The notes: a model not told the origin generated them from the letters alone. 54,445 nt of DNA from a virus (IMGVR_UViG_3300037462_000386:1-54445), one strand, 5' to 3'; counted from the stretch's first letter, positions 17,510 through 27,106 are shown. Numbers and translations are program-made.

Positions 17510-18402
17510 TGTACACCTACTCAGAACGGCAGACAATCATCTGGCAGGCATCACTCCCCGGCAACGAGAAACTGGTGTTACTGGCAATCAACTCTTTTGT
17601 TGATGGTGACGGGAAATGCTGGCCTTCGTTAAATCGCCTCGCCCAAATGACAGGGTTCTCCCGCCGCACCATTCAGAGATCAATCGATTCGCTGACCGAT
17701 GTGGGTTTTGTTGATAAAAAATGGCGGAGCGACGACACCGGGAGGCAAACCTCAAGCCTTTACGCAGTGAACTTTGACGCATTGACACGGGGAGGGTGTC
17801 AGATTGACACGGGGGAGGGTGTCAGATTGACACGGGGAGGGCGTCAGATTGACACGGGGGAGGGTGTCAGATTGACACGGGGAGGGTGTCAGATTGACCT
17901 ACAAACAGATCCATTTAACAGATCCATAGGAACAGATCCACTGAACCAAGCGCGCGCGCGATTTGAAAATCGATTACCACCGTGGAAAACGGGCCGTGGC
18001 CCCAACGACTGGAACGAAGACTTCCTCCGCTACCTCCAGCAAAAATGGACCACCCCACAGATAGAATTTGGCCGTGCCGACGCGATCGCGTACATCGCCA
18101 GGCGACAGCATCCTGATCACCCAGATCACCCGGCACTGATCGCGCGGTTTTCCGATTTCGAATCTGCCCCGCGTCAAAACGTGCCATCAGCCCCGCGAGA
18201 ATCACCCCAGGACGAATTTCTTGCCGAGTGGCGGACATTGTCCAACGAAGAGAAAGACAAGCGCCTTAAAGCCATGTCTGAGGCGCGGCACAAAAAAGAG
18301 CGGCGTGAATTCGAGCGGCGGTTCGGCAAAACGGAGAACAGCCGCTATGCCGAAATGGCTGCCCGGATTGCGGCCCGAATGGACGATGGAGGTGTCGCAT
18401 GA
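17509..18402 (+). CDS. replication initiator (HTH_36/O-like) with internal iterons
   Basis: EKLVLLAI..CWPSLNRLAQMTGFSRRTIQRSI; iterons inside; followed by DnaB. Confidence 0.85.
   Translation: MYTYSERQTIIWQASLPGNEKLVLLAINSFVDGDGKCWPSLNRLAQMTGFSRRTIQRSIDSLTDVGFVDKKWRSDDTGRQTSSLYAVNFDALTRGGCQIDTGEGVRLTRGGRQIDTGEGVRLTRGGCQIDLQTDPFNRSIGTDPLNQARARFENRLPPWKTGRGPNDWNEDFLRYLQQKWTTPQIEFGRADAIAYIARRQHPDHPDHPALIARFSDFESAPRQNVPSAPRESPQDEFLAEWRTLSNEEKDKRLKAMSEARHKKERREFERRFGKTENSRYAEMAARIAARMDDGGVA
17781..17940. repeat. replication origin: five 22/23-bp iterons and three AACAGATCCA repeats
   Basis: ATTGACACGGGG(G)AGGGTGTCAG x5 (17781-17892, one copy with a single change); AACAGATCCA at 17904, 17917, 17931. 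Confidence 0.85.
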
Positions 18403-19790
18403 ACGCCATCCCCACCCCGATCGTCAACCGCGCCATCAAATTTGCCGCCCCCGATCGGTCACTACCGAGTTCGATTGATCTCGAATCCAGCATCCTCGCG
18501 GCGGTGATGTTTGATCCAGAGAACGTGGCCCCCGCCTGCTTAGAGCTGGGCCTCACCGTCGAGCACTTCTATTTGCGCCGCCACCAGGCGATTTACGCCA
18601 CCGCCCTGGACCTACATCGCCAGGGTCTCGCCGCCGACCTGATGCAAATTGCCACCCGACTGCAACAATCCGGCCAGCTTGACCAAATCGGCGGGCAAGC
18701 CTCCCTGGTCGCCATGCTGGACAACTTCGTCAGCGCCGCATCGCTCCCATCCTGGGTGCGCAAGGTGATCGAAGACGCCACACGGCGGGAGGGCATCCGC
18801 CTCCTCACCGACGGCATCGAGCAGCTCTACGACCCCCAGACCCAACCCGAAACCGTATTCGAGCAATCCGCCCGGTCTACCTACGACCTCACCCAACGAT
18901 CGGGCCAGCGCTACGTCATGTCGCCGCTGTCCGAAGTTGCCGCCGCCGCGATGGCCGAGCTGGATTCCCAGATCGACGATACCGCCGCCTCCACCGAGCT
19001 ACCGGACTGGGACGCGGTGACAGGTGGCTTCACCCCTGGCTACTGGCTGATCGCCGGACGCGCCTCCATGGGTAAGACGCAGCTTGCTCTGCACTTTACC
19101 CGCGCCATGGCCCGGACGGGCGGGCCAGTGCTGTTCATTTCCTGCGAAATGACCAAGGTCAAATTGTTCCGTCGCCTGCTCTCCCGTGAGGCGCGCATCC
19201 CCGCCACCCGCCTGCGCGATCGGCAGATTGCCGCGTCTGAGTGGGAGACGATCGGGCACGCCATGGCTGCCCTGGCAAAACTGCCGATCGAAATCTACGA
19301 CTGTCCCAATCCGTCCGAGACCGACCTACGACAAAAAATCAACCGCATCAGCTCCACCTATGGCCAGCCGCCCAAGCTGATCATCCTGGACTACATCCAG
19401 AAGTTGCGCTGGGGCGATAGCCAAGTGCGGGCCTACGAGCTGGAGGCCATCTCCAACAAGCTGTTTGAGTTCCACAAGGACTACAACGCAACGGTCATCG
19501 CCCTGGCGCAAATTGGGCGCGGCGTCGAATCGCGCACCGACAAACGCCCCGGCATGGCCGACCTGAAAGACTGCGGCGCGTTTGAACAAGATGCCGATTA
19601 CGTGTTCACCCTCTACCGCGACGACTACTACAACCCATCCGCAAGCACCGATCGGAACGTGCTCGAAGTCGGTGTCCAAAAAGCCCGCGACTCGCAGACC
19701 GGGACGATCAAGCTACTGACGGACTTCGCGATTTCCGACATTTTGCCAATCCACAAAACACCACCACATGACGACGATGAAGATTTCTAA
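18399..19790 (+). CDS. dnaB: replicative DNA helicase
   Basis: AGRASMGKT, FISCEM, IILDYIQ, LAQIGRGVESRTDKRP..DLKDCGAFEQDAD. Confidence 0.95.
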   Translation: MNAIPTPIVNRAIKFAAPDRSLPSSIDLESSILAAVMFDPENVAPACLELGLTVEHFYLRRHQAIYATALDLHRQGLAADLMQIATRLQQSGQLDQIGGQASLVAMLDNFVSAASLPSWVRKVIEDATRREGIRLLTDGIEQLYDPQTQPETVFEQSARSTYDLTQRSGQRYVMSPLSEVAAAAMAELDSQIDDTAASTELPDWDAVTGGFTPGYWLIAGRASMGKTQLALHFTRAMARTGGPVLFISCEMTKVKLFRRLLSREARIPATRLRDRQIAASEWETIGHAMAALAKLPIEIYDCPNPSETDLRQKINRISSTYGQPPKLIILDYIQKLRWGDSQVRAYELEAISNKLFEFHKDYNATVIALAQIGRGVESRTDKRPGMADLKDCGAFEQDADYVFTLYRDDYYNPSASTDRNVLEVGVQKARDSQTGTIKLLTDFAISDILPIHKTPPHDDDEDF

Positions 19791-19895
19791 ACCGGACTGG
19801 ATGAGCGATTGGTTTTGGCGACGCGCTATCCAGCAACGCGAACACCTCGCGAAACAATACCCCCATCTTTACCAGGGGCGGAAGGAGCGACGCGA

Positions 19896-20156
19896 ATGAA
19901 CTACGGTCCCATCCCAAAAAAACGTGCTAGGGGGAAGCATCGCAAATCCCCGAGCGGCTGGATTGAGCACCGCAACGTCAAGCGCAAAAACAAACGTGGC
20001 GACTATCGCCACTACGAGCAGTGGTTCTACTGCTGGCACGATGGCGAATCGCAGCAGTTCTACCTCAGTCAAGCCAAGCGCCAAATCTGCTATCAAGCCC
20101 TCGCCGCTGGGCAATCCGTCACCCAAATCAAAGCGTTATTAGGAGTGAACAAATGA
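19896..20156 (+). CDS. basic hypothetical protein
   Basis: AAGGAG RBS; PSGWIE..WFYCW motif; contains a 13/15 motif copy at 19923. Confidence 0.55.
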   Translation: MNYGPIPKKRARGKHRKSPSGWIEHRNVKRKNKRGDYRHYEQWFYCWHDGESQQFYLSQAKRQICYQALAAGQSVTQIKALLGVNK

Positions 20157-20536
20157 CATATACCATGCCCGTCAAAGTGGCTCCCATCACCGATTTTATC
20201 CCCGGTTTCTTTCCGGTCCCTACGGGGCGGCCTGACGCCCATCGCATCCGCGAACTCAAGGAAGAAGACCTGAAGCCGCTTTGCGATTTGCTCAACCAGG
20301 CCGGGATTGATTGCTACGTCAGAAAATGCACTTTCACGGAAAAGGGTAAAGCCGTTTACCGATCGGCGGTGATCCAAATCCTCACCCCTGGATGGGCGTA
20401 CATCCTCACGCTCACCGCCGAAGGTTACGCGCTCTTACCTCGCAACACCAGTCCGCGATACGTCGATTTGGTCGGGGAGATTATGGGCTGCCTTTGGGTG
20501 TTTCAACATCGCCCACCCACGAAGGCGGCGGCATGA
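20153..20536 (+). CDS. hypothetical protein
   Basis: AGGAG RBS, ATGA coupling. Confidence 0.55.
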   Translation: MTYTMPVKVAPITDFIPGFFPVPTGRPDAHRIRELKEEDLKPLCDLLNQAGIDCYVRKCTFTEKGKAVYRSAVIQILTPGWAYILTLTAEGYALLPRNTSPRYVDLVGEIMGCLWVFQHRPPTKAAA

Positions 20537-20638
20537 GTACCTGGCAGGAAGTTCGCATCGCCCACGCCGATCGCATCATCCCAAAGCTCAAGCACGATCC
20601 ACGCTACGAATCCGTCATCAAACAACTCGAAAAAGCCT

Positions 20639-20914
20639 ATGACATCCCTGGATCAAGAACTTGTTCAACAAGCGATCGTGACCCCGATCCCACTGAAGGA
20701 TTTGCTCACGGAAGTGCAGCGGGAAGCTCGCAAACGTCGCGAAGTCTACCCGAACTGGGTGAACAACCGGAAACTGTCAGCTCGATCTGCGGCACACCGA
20801 ATCGCGGTGATGGAGCAGATCGCCGTAATGCTGGGACGGCAAATAGCGGAACAGGAATCCTTGCAGCCAGCACAGATGCCATTATTCACATCGACCCCAA
20901 CGAACAATGCTTAA
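20639..20914 (+). CDS. conserved phage hypothetical protein
   Basis: EVQREARKRREVYPNWV..HRIAVMEQI motif. Confidence 0.6.
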   Translation: MTSLDQELVQQAIVTPIPLKDLLTEVQREARKRREVYPNWVNNRKLSARSAAHRIAVMEQIAVMLGRQIAEQESLQPAQMPLFTSTPTNNA

Positions 20915-21164
20915 TCCCTTCGCCCAAACTCCAAGCCCCGCCGAAACCAACCCCTACGACTTCAACTTTGGCAAGCGCCTATTCCGAGAGCGAAGCCAAC
21001 TGCCCACCGACGGCGACGCCTGCAACATCAACGTCAGCAGCGGCTACTTCTGGCAAATGGGCTTCGAGCACGCCTACGACGGCGTCTACGCCAAAAGCTC
21101 GGACGCCAACTACCGCAGTGGCTACGCCTCCGGACTCCAAGCCCGTCAACGTTACCGCGACTAA
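20907..21164 (+). CDS. hypothetical protein
   Basis: coupled ORF with YRSGYASG motif. Confidence 0.5.
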   Translation: MLNPFAQTPSPAETNPYDFNFGKRLFRERSQLPTDGDACNINVSSGYFWQMGFEHAYDGVYAKSSDANYRSGYASGLQARQRYRD

Positions 21165-21167
21165 ACC

Positions 21168-21398
21168 ATGCACACAACCACAAAAACACCCCAAGCCGAA
21201 ATCGACTTCGAAGCTGGGAAGCCGCTCTACCGCCGCAACGGAACTCCCACCGCCGAGCAAATGCGGACCCGCCCCATGCTCTACAACGGCTGGCTCTGGG
21301 CGATCGGGTTTAGCCACGGCTGCCAAGGCCGCGCCGCCCGCTTTATCGACGAACCCTGGTACGAAGCCGGTCGGCAAGCAGGTAAATCACTGCTCTGA
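21168..21398 (+). CDS. hypothetical protein
   Basis: coupled ORF, aromatic-Gly motifs similar to the previous ORF. Confidence 0.5.
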   Translation: MHTTTKTPQAEIDFEAGKPLYRRNGTPTAEQMRTRPMLYNGWLWAIGFSHGCQGRAARFIDEPWYEAGRQAGKSLL

Positions 21399-21491
21399 TT
21401 GTCGGCACGATCGGCTTATCCCCGGCTTAGACCATGTCCTCTGCGCCGATTGCCACGAATCCTTTCTGATCAACTCACCGCTGTACAAACA

Positions 21492-21737
21492 ATGCCACGG
21501 ACAAAACGACAACCCCTAAAAATCAATCCCGGCGACCTGGTCCCGATCGGGCAAGCCCACAAGTATTTTGGCTCTGGATTCAGCGTCAGCACCATCAAGC
21601 GCCGCATTGCCGATGGCGAACTGATTGAGGGTAAGCACTGGCTCGACACCGCGCCTGCAACGGCCAAATATCGCCGCATTCACCTGTACAAACCCGGCAT
21701 CGAAGCCCATCTATCCCTTCCGGCGGGAGCGCGATAG
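21492..21737 (+). CDS. excisionase-like wHTH protein
   Basis: VPIGQAHKYFG..SVSTIKRRIADGELIEGKHW. Confidence 0.6.
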   Translation: MPRTKRQPLKINPGDLVPIGQAHKYFGSGFSVSTIKRRIADGELIEGKHWLDTAPATAKYRRIHLYKPGIEAHLSLPAGAR

Positions 21738-21832
21738 TGATTTGGGCTGTGTTGGCACTGCTGGCCTGTCTTCCATTGCTGGCAGTCATCGCCGCTTGGG
21801 CGCTACGCATCAAATATTCCGACGAATTTAAC

Positions 21833-21906
21833 GACTCCGAACATTAACTCCGAACATAACCACCATGACTCCGAACATTAACTCCGAACATAACCACCAT
21901 GACTCC
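21833..21906. repeat. 34-bp tandem duplication containing four ACTCCGAACAT units
   Basis: GACTCCGAACATTAACTCCGAACATAACCACCAT x2, including the start of the next gene. Confidence 0.85.
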
Positions 21907-22717
21907 AGACATTGAGCGACTGAAAGCAGTCTTGACTGAGCTTAAAAAGCCATTCCAGCCAGAGGACCACCAAGAACGCAAAATTCCCGGTGGTGGCACC
22001 TGGTTTTTTATCCCCTGGCAAACCATCCGCGAACGCATCGAAACCGTTGTGCCCGATTACGAATTTGAGTTCGCCGACCCAGTTTTTGTGGCTCACCTTT
22101 GCACTGTGCGCTGCAAAATGACCATCTGCGGCGTATCTCGCACCGCGATCGGGAATGCCGAGCTTGACGGTAACGGCGGACGGGGGACACCAGTCGAAGT
22201 GGCAGTTGCCGACGCCTACAAAAATGCTGCCGAAGCCTTTGGTGTTGCGGCCTACCTGGATGACCAATCCGAGAACAAGCGTGAGTTTACGGTGAACTAC
22301 CTTCACCGCCGGGGTGACGGGCGCGCCTTCAAAAACGCCAAAAACAATAATTGGCTGAAACAGCGTCCTGAAACCAAACCCGTCGAAAAGCCTGCGGCTC
22401 AGACCCAACAAACTAAGCCCAAAACGCGCTTGAAGTCGTCTCTGGATACCTCCGCTACTGCCGATAACGTCACCCCGATCGAACCCCCTGATCCCAACTG
22501 CGTCAGCGCGGCCCAGATCAAGCGATTTTTCACGATCGGGCGGGCAGCGGGCTACACCACCGAAGGGTTAAAGCTGCTGTGCAAACAGAATGGGTTTGAA
22601 TCCTCAAATCAAATCACCAAGCTGCTTTACGAGGATCTGTGTGAGGCCGCTGGGTGTGAGCAGCAGGCGAAATACTGGAATGAACAAGCCCTAGGAGCCT
22701 GGGAGGCCTCTGCATGA
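21899..22717 (+). CDS. Rad52/Sak-family single-strand annealing protein
   Basis: LKKPF..WFFIPWQTIRERI..VRCKMTICGVSR..AVADAYKNAAEAFGVAAYL. Confidence 0.8.
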   Translation: MTPDIERLKAVLTELKKPFQPEDHQERKIPGGGTWFFIPWQTIRERIETVVPDYEFEFADPVFVAHLCTVRCKMTICGVSRTAIGNAELDGNGGRGTPVEVAVADAYKNAAEAFGVAAYLDDQSENKREFTVNYLHRRGDGRAFKNAKNNNWLKQRPETKPVEKPAAQTQQTKPKTRLKSSLDTSATADNVTPIEPPDPNCVSAAQIKRFFTIGRAAGYTTEGLKLLCKQNGFESSNQITKLLYEDLCEAAGCEQQAKYWNEQALGAWEASA

Positions 22718-23403
22718 ATCCGAAAGAAAAGCCTATTTTATTCAAGGCCGATATGGTGCGGGCAATATTGCGCGGCCAAAAGACCCAGACAAGGCGGTTT
22801 CACGATAACGCGAAATATGCTGTCGGCGATACCCTGTGGGTCCGTGAAACCTGGCGTCCGACTCACTGGGGACAAGATTTTGAATTCATGGGGATTGAGT
22901 ATGCGGCGACCCAGGGCCAACCCAATTCAATCCTCTTTACCGAAGATTTATGGCCGGATGATTTTCGGCGCGAATCGGTTTGGGAGCAACTCTCGATCGA
23001 ATGCGAAAAGGCTGGAATGAAAACCGATGCGAATGGCAATTTTTGTTGGAGTGACCAAAATCCATTGAAATGGCGACCCTCAATTTTTATGCCAAAGGCC
23101 GCTTGCCGATTGTTTCTCCAGGTGAACGCGGTGAGGCAAGAAAAGTTGCAGGATATTTCGCCTGCTGACGCGATCTGCGAGGGGGTTGAGCCTATATCTG
23201 CCGTAATCCCTGGGATCGATCGTCGATGGTGGAAAAACTATTTTGATGAATCTTCTAGGTATTCCTTTTCGGACCCTAGAGCGTCTTTTGCCAGCCTGTG
23301 GGACAGCATCAACAAGCAGCGCGGATTGGCCTGGGAAGAAAATCCCGCTGTGTATGTTTACAGTTTTAGCTCAATCGACTCGCTCACAGAGGTATCCGCA
23401 TGA
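22714..23403 (+). CDS. ASCH/PUA-like phage protein
   Basis: PILFKADMVRAILRGQKTQTRR, GDTLWVRETW, WRPSIFMP, LQDISPADAICEG. Confidence 0.75.
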   Translation: MNPKEKPILFKADMVRAILRGQKTQTRRFHDNAKYAVGDTLWVRETWRPTHWGQDFEFMGIEYAATQGQPNSILFTEDLWPDDFRRESVWEQLSIECEKAGMKTDANGNFCWSDQNPLKWRPSIFMPKAACRLFLQVNAVRQEKLQDISPADAICEGVEPISAVIPGIDRRWWKNYFDESSRYSFSDPRASFASLWDSINKQRGLAWEENPAVYVYSFSSIDSLTEVSA

Positions 23404-23633
23404 TTTACCCCTGCAAATCACTTGACCAATTCGACCTCCCCGCTGAAGGCCTCGACAACGGCAAACTCAAGACCCATGCCCTGTGGGTGATGGAAAACAT
23501 TGATGCGATCAACGCCAGCTTCACCAGGTCCGTCGATGGCGCTGATGGTATCGAATATTCCTGGGTGTGGATCGCTCTGAAGTATCTGGAAGAGGTCGGC
23601 GCGATCGTGGTTGATCACGAACCTCAAGACTGA
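23400..23633 (+). CDS. hypothetical protein
   Basis: GAGGT RBS, ATGA coupling. Confidence 0.5.
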   Translation: MIYPCKSLDQFDLPAEGLDNGKLKTHALWVMENIDAINASFTRSVDGADGIEYSWVWIALKYLEEVGAIVVDHEPQD

Positions 23634-23641
23634 CCTATTCA

Positions 23642-23679
23642 CCCGATCGATAATAACGCTGCCGTTGTTATCGATCGGG
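23642..23679. promoter_or_regulatory. 17-bp stem hairpin upstream of the ParB-like gene
   Basis: CCCGATCGATAATAACG-CTGC-CGTTGTTATCGATCGGG. Confidence 0.55.
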
Positions 23680-23711
23680 CTACCAAACCGATAACAACCA
23701 ACACGAAAACT

Positions 23712-25484
23712 ATGGCGACAAAATCTAAAGCAACAAAATCCCTCAACAGTTTCCCCGACCCGGTCGGCCCCACTTGGGTGGACGCAACCCAAATCAACAC
23801 CACCTCCGGCACCCAAACCCGTCCCGGTGGCACCGACCCCGAATTCGTCACCACCTTCGCCGAGCAAATGCAGGCAGGCGATTGGGGCTGGATGGAGCAT
23901 CCACCCTGCAACCTGTTCCTGGATAAACGCGGCTCCGACAATCCATCGGACTGGGTTTACTACCCCGGCGACGGACACACCCGCTCCGAAGCGGCCCAAA
24001 TCTCCGGCGATGCCGTCTATGCCTACTACCGTGAGGGTGACGCCCGCGACGCCAAGCGCTGGAGCCTAACCAGGGCCAACAAACGCCAAGGCCAAGGTCT
24101 GACCAAATCCGACCTCAAGCACCATGCTCGATTGCTGCTGCAAGACCCAGAGTGGAGCAAGTGGAGTAGCCAAGCCATTGCCGATGAGGTTGGCCTATCT
24201 CGGCCAACGGTCGAAGAAATCCGCCAGGAACTGATTGCCGAGGGCACGATCGACGATACGGACGAGCGCATTGGACTCGACGGCAAAACCCGCAAAGTCG
24301 AGAAAAACGCGGCCCCGCAGGGCATCAAAGTTGGCGACTGGATTGAGGGGACGCTGATCCAAGGGCATGGCAATGCTCAAGGATACCTATCCTCGATCGG
24401 GCGCAAATACCTCAAGGTCAAACGTGATGGGCGTGAATTTTCAGTGTTAGCCCGCGATGCCAAGGTGCTGTGTCGCTTGCCGCAGGACTTGTCGGACCTT
24501 GCCCCGTTTTTCGGCCTGAGCCGTAACGATTTAGCCTTGAAGGTGATCCAGATCGAGGGGAGCGGCTGGGATGACGCCGGACTCTACAACGATGCGGCGC
24601 TATATCCCGATTTTGCAGACAGCCAGGAAACTTGTTACGACTACAACGGCTGGCAGGTGCTCTACGGCTTGGCTCCCGCCAATGGCAAGCAGCTCATCTA
24701 CTTGGGTGTTCGCCGCCCTGACTACGCTTGCCATTTGCTCTATCCCTCAATCAACACAGCCACCACGATCGGGCGGATTGTTGGGGTTGAATTGGCCGAA
24801 AAGACGATCGATACGATCGAAGCCACCCTATCCCGCATCCCCATCAACCCCGTCGAAGCGGGCAAGCTCCAGCCTGCCTACGCAACCGATGAAAATGCAA
24901 CTCCCCCTAGCACGGATTTTGATGCAGGGTCAAAGCCTGAAGCAACTGCCCGACCCGATCCTCAGTCGCACGATCGGCAGATCAAAGAAGTCGATAATGA
25001 GGACCTTAAGAAGTCCAAAGACCGCAAGGAAATCCCCGTCAACGCCGACGAAACAGAGCTAAGGCTCCGGCTGCTATTGAAACAGGTGGACGAAGAAAGG
25101 CTACTCGAAATTTTACGGGATGAAATCGGCGCTCCTCGAATTTGGGAGAATTATGTGATCAACGTCGGCGTTGCTGAAATGGCTCGCTGGCTGGTCGATG
25201 AATGCAACGGCAGCGCCGAATTTATGGAGCTTGTCGATGCCGTTGTGGAAGCACACGGCCATGTCGTACCGATCGTTAAGCGGGCGATCGCTAGCCATGC
25301 CAGCGATCGCGACCTGGCTGCGATCTGTGATTGGCTAGTCAAGGATGGCGGATTCTGGGTTGACTTTGTCAACGTGGATCGCTTTGCGGACATTTTTGCC
25401 AATCAGCCGAAATCCACGATCGATGCACTTGTCGCCGAGGCTGACTCCCGTCGCAAATCCGTGCTAGGGGGAGTTGCAGGATGA
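23712..25484 (+). CDS. ParB/Srx-like N-terminal domain plus HTH, with long C-terminal extension
   Basis: FAEQMQAG, YYPGDGHTR (DGxHR-like), ANKRQG, WSSQAIADEVGLSRPTV. Confidence 0.7.
   Translation: MATKSKATKSLNSFPDPVGPTWVDATQINTTSGTQTRPGGTDPEFVTTFAEQMQAGDWGWMEHPPCNLFLDKRGSDNPSDWVYYPGDGHTRSEAAQISGDAVYAYYREGDARDAKRWSLTRANKRQGQGLTKSDLKHHARLLLQDPEWSKWSSQAIADEVGLSRPTVEEIRQELIAEGTIDDTDERIGLDGKTRKVEKNAAPQGIKVGDWIEGTLIQGHGNAQGYLSSIGRKYLKVKRDGREFSVLARDAKVLCRLPQDLSDLAPFFGLSRNDLALKVIQIEGSGWDDAGLYNDAALYPDFADSQETCYDYNGWQVLYGLAPANGKQLIYLGVRRPDYACHLLYPSINTATTIGRIVGVELAEKTIDTIEATLSRIPINPVEAGKLQPAYATDENATPPSTDFDAGSKPEATARPDPQSHDRQIKEVDNEDLKKSKDRKEIPVNADETELRLRLLLKQVDEERLLEILRDEIGAPRIWENYVINVGVAEMARWLVDECNGSAEFMELVDAVVEAHGHVVPIVKRAIASHASDRDLAAICDWLVKDGGFWVDFVNVDRFADIFANQPKSTIDALVAEADSRRKSVLGGVAG
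24896..25478. repeat. 24-bp perfect inverted repeat pair containing the dispersed motif
   Basis: TGCAACTCCCCCTAGCACGGATTT at 24896-24919 and its reverse complement at 25455-25478. Confidence 0.9.
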
Positions 25485-25912
25485 AGCAGCGTGACAAAAT
25501 CTTTCGTGGCCGGGTGGCCTACCAGCGCAAAGCCGATCGGGAGATCGCTCGCTACCTGAAGCGTTGCAATATCACCCTCAGCATCGATGCCCCGGACTCT
25601 GCTCCGGCCCTAGTCGCCGAAATGGACCACCACCTCGCTGTCACTGGCCGCGTCAAGCTAATCCCCTTTTTCCGGCACCGATGCACTAACTACGATGCCA
25701 TCCTCGAACATGTCATCCAGCGGTGGCAGGTGATGACCCCAGACAATTTGCGGTTTGAGGTTTTGCACCCCAAGGTCCGGCAGTTAGCCACCGCCTACTT
25801 TCGCGAAATCAATGCCGCCCACTTGTTTTACTCCCCCTACGCCGAAGGCCTCACGATCGACCCAGCTTCGCGACCAGGGCCTCAAACAGTCGATCGTCGT
25901 CGCCCTCTGTAA
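25481..25912 (+). CDS. hypothetical protein
   Basis: FFRHRCTNYDAIL motif; ATGA coupling. Confidence 0.55.
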   Translation: MKQRDKIFRGRVAYQRKADREIARYLKRCNITLSIDAPDSAPALVAEMDHHLAVTGRVKLIPFFRHRCTNYDAILEHVIQRWQVMTPDNLRFEVLHPKVRQLATAYFREINAAHLFYSPYAEGLTIDPASRPGPQTVDRRRPL

Positions 25913-27020
25913 TCCACCGCTGATAGGTTTCTTCGTGGACCTTGACTGAGTGGCCCATCATCTTCGCCGCCAATGTCGCCGGGAGCAATGCCTCCCGGCA
26001 TCTGCGTGCGTAGCAATGTCGGAGGTTGTAGGGCTTCTCAATGCCGCGTCGTTTAAAGCCGCGATTAATCCACATCCCGTAGCGACTGTTCGACGACTCA
26101 CGCACCCGCTCCAGTCCAAACTTGTGCGGCGGCATATTTGCCAAGTCCCACCGCGCAAACCACTCCGGATACATGGGCCGCACCACCCGATAACCCGTCT
26201 TGGCCCCCGCCCCAATCCGCAACTTCGACCCGTCGAACTCGCAGTGAAATAGTTCGTGATTCCGCAGCCCATAGGTCGCCATCATCCGATAAGCCCAAGC
26301 CCACCACGGATCCAAAATACTTTCTGCTACCGCTTCGATCTCCGCATCGCTCGGTAAATCACGCGGCTCCAACCGCACTGGTGAGTAGCGCCCCTTCCAT
26401 TCAGATAAGTCCACTGGCATCCCGGCGAAATCGCAGAGCTTCGAGTAGGCCAGCACCAACGCCCTGCGCGTGCGACTATCCGGGTTCTCCGGCGTAATTC
26501 CCTCAATCGTGCTCACCAGCACAAACTGATCCAAAACCACATCCTGGGGCAGCCGTCGAAAATGCCGCAAATAGCTCGACTCTAAGGTCGATTCGGCCTT
26601 GAAAGTCTTGCGCCGCCGCTTCCACCAATTCGCCTCAAAGCGCTCAACCCACTCCCCGATCGTCAGCGTCTCCACCTCCGACTCCCAGCCCCAATTTCGC
26701 CAGTCAAACGACTTGTCGGACAGCTCTCCCCCCAGCCGCTTTGCCTGATTCTCAGCCGCCTTTAACCCCCGGCTGTTCGCCTTCAGGCCCAGGTAAATGC
26801 GTTGCTGATAGGCCCGCCGCGTCGAACCCGGCTTCGGTGGCATCGTCGCCCGCAAAGCCAGTCGCTCACCCACCTGCTCGATCGTGCAACCAAGACGCGC
26901 GAACCTCAGTCGATCGTTCACGGCGCTCAATTCTTGCTCAAAATTCAAGACTAAAATTTGGCCTAAATCCGTGGCCAAGTCTAAACAATTTTGATTGATT
27001 TTGACTGAATTGTTTTGCAC
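25851..27020 (-). CDS. int: tyrosine integrase (cyanobacterial type); true start uncertain
   Basis: ATYGLRNHELF, K, PYNLRHCYARR, MMGHSVKVHEETY catalytic set; LALRATMPPKPG N-terminus. Confidence 0.92.
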   Translation of the reverse strand: MQNNSVKINQNCLDLATDLGQILVLNFEQELSAVNDRLRFARLGCTIEQVGERLALRATMPPKPGSTRRAYQQRIYLGLKANSRGLKAAENQAKRLGGELSDKSFDWRNWGWESEVETLTIGEWVERFEANWWKRRRKTFKAESTLESSYLRHFRRLPQDVVLDQFVLVSTIEGITPENPDSRTRRALVLAYSKLCDFAGMPVDLSEWKGRYSPVRLEPRDLPSDAEIEAVAESILDPWWAWAYRMMATYGLRNHELFHCEFDGSKLRIGAGAKTGYRVVRPMYPEWFARWDLANMPPHKFGLERVRESSNSRYGMWINRGFKRRGIEKPYNLRHCYARRCREALLPATLAAKMMGHSVKVHEETYQRWITEGDDDRLFEALVAKLGRS

Positions 27021-27064
27021 GGATAACCCTCTTAAGAGCTATGCCGCGAGCTGGATTCCCCCCA

Positions 27065-27106
27065 AGGCGACACCCGGATTCGAACCGGGGAATGAGGGTT
27101 TTGCAG
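27065..27106 (-). other. attP core: 3' half of tRNA-Cys(GCA)
   Basis: CTGCAAAACCCTCATTCCCCGGTTCGAATCCGGGTGTCGCCT; 5' half absent; adjacent to int; flanked by arm-like repeats AGACTRAAATTYGGCCTA at 26948-26965 and 27169-27186. Confidence 0.85.

Noticed and set aside
17781-17898. CRISPR array
   Set aside because: Repeats are contiguous with no unique spacers and lie inside the initiator gene; no cas genes
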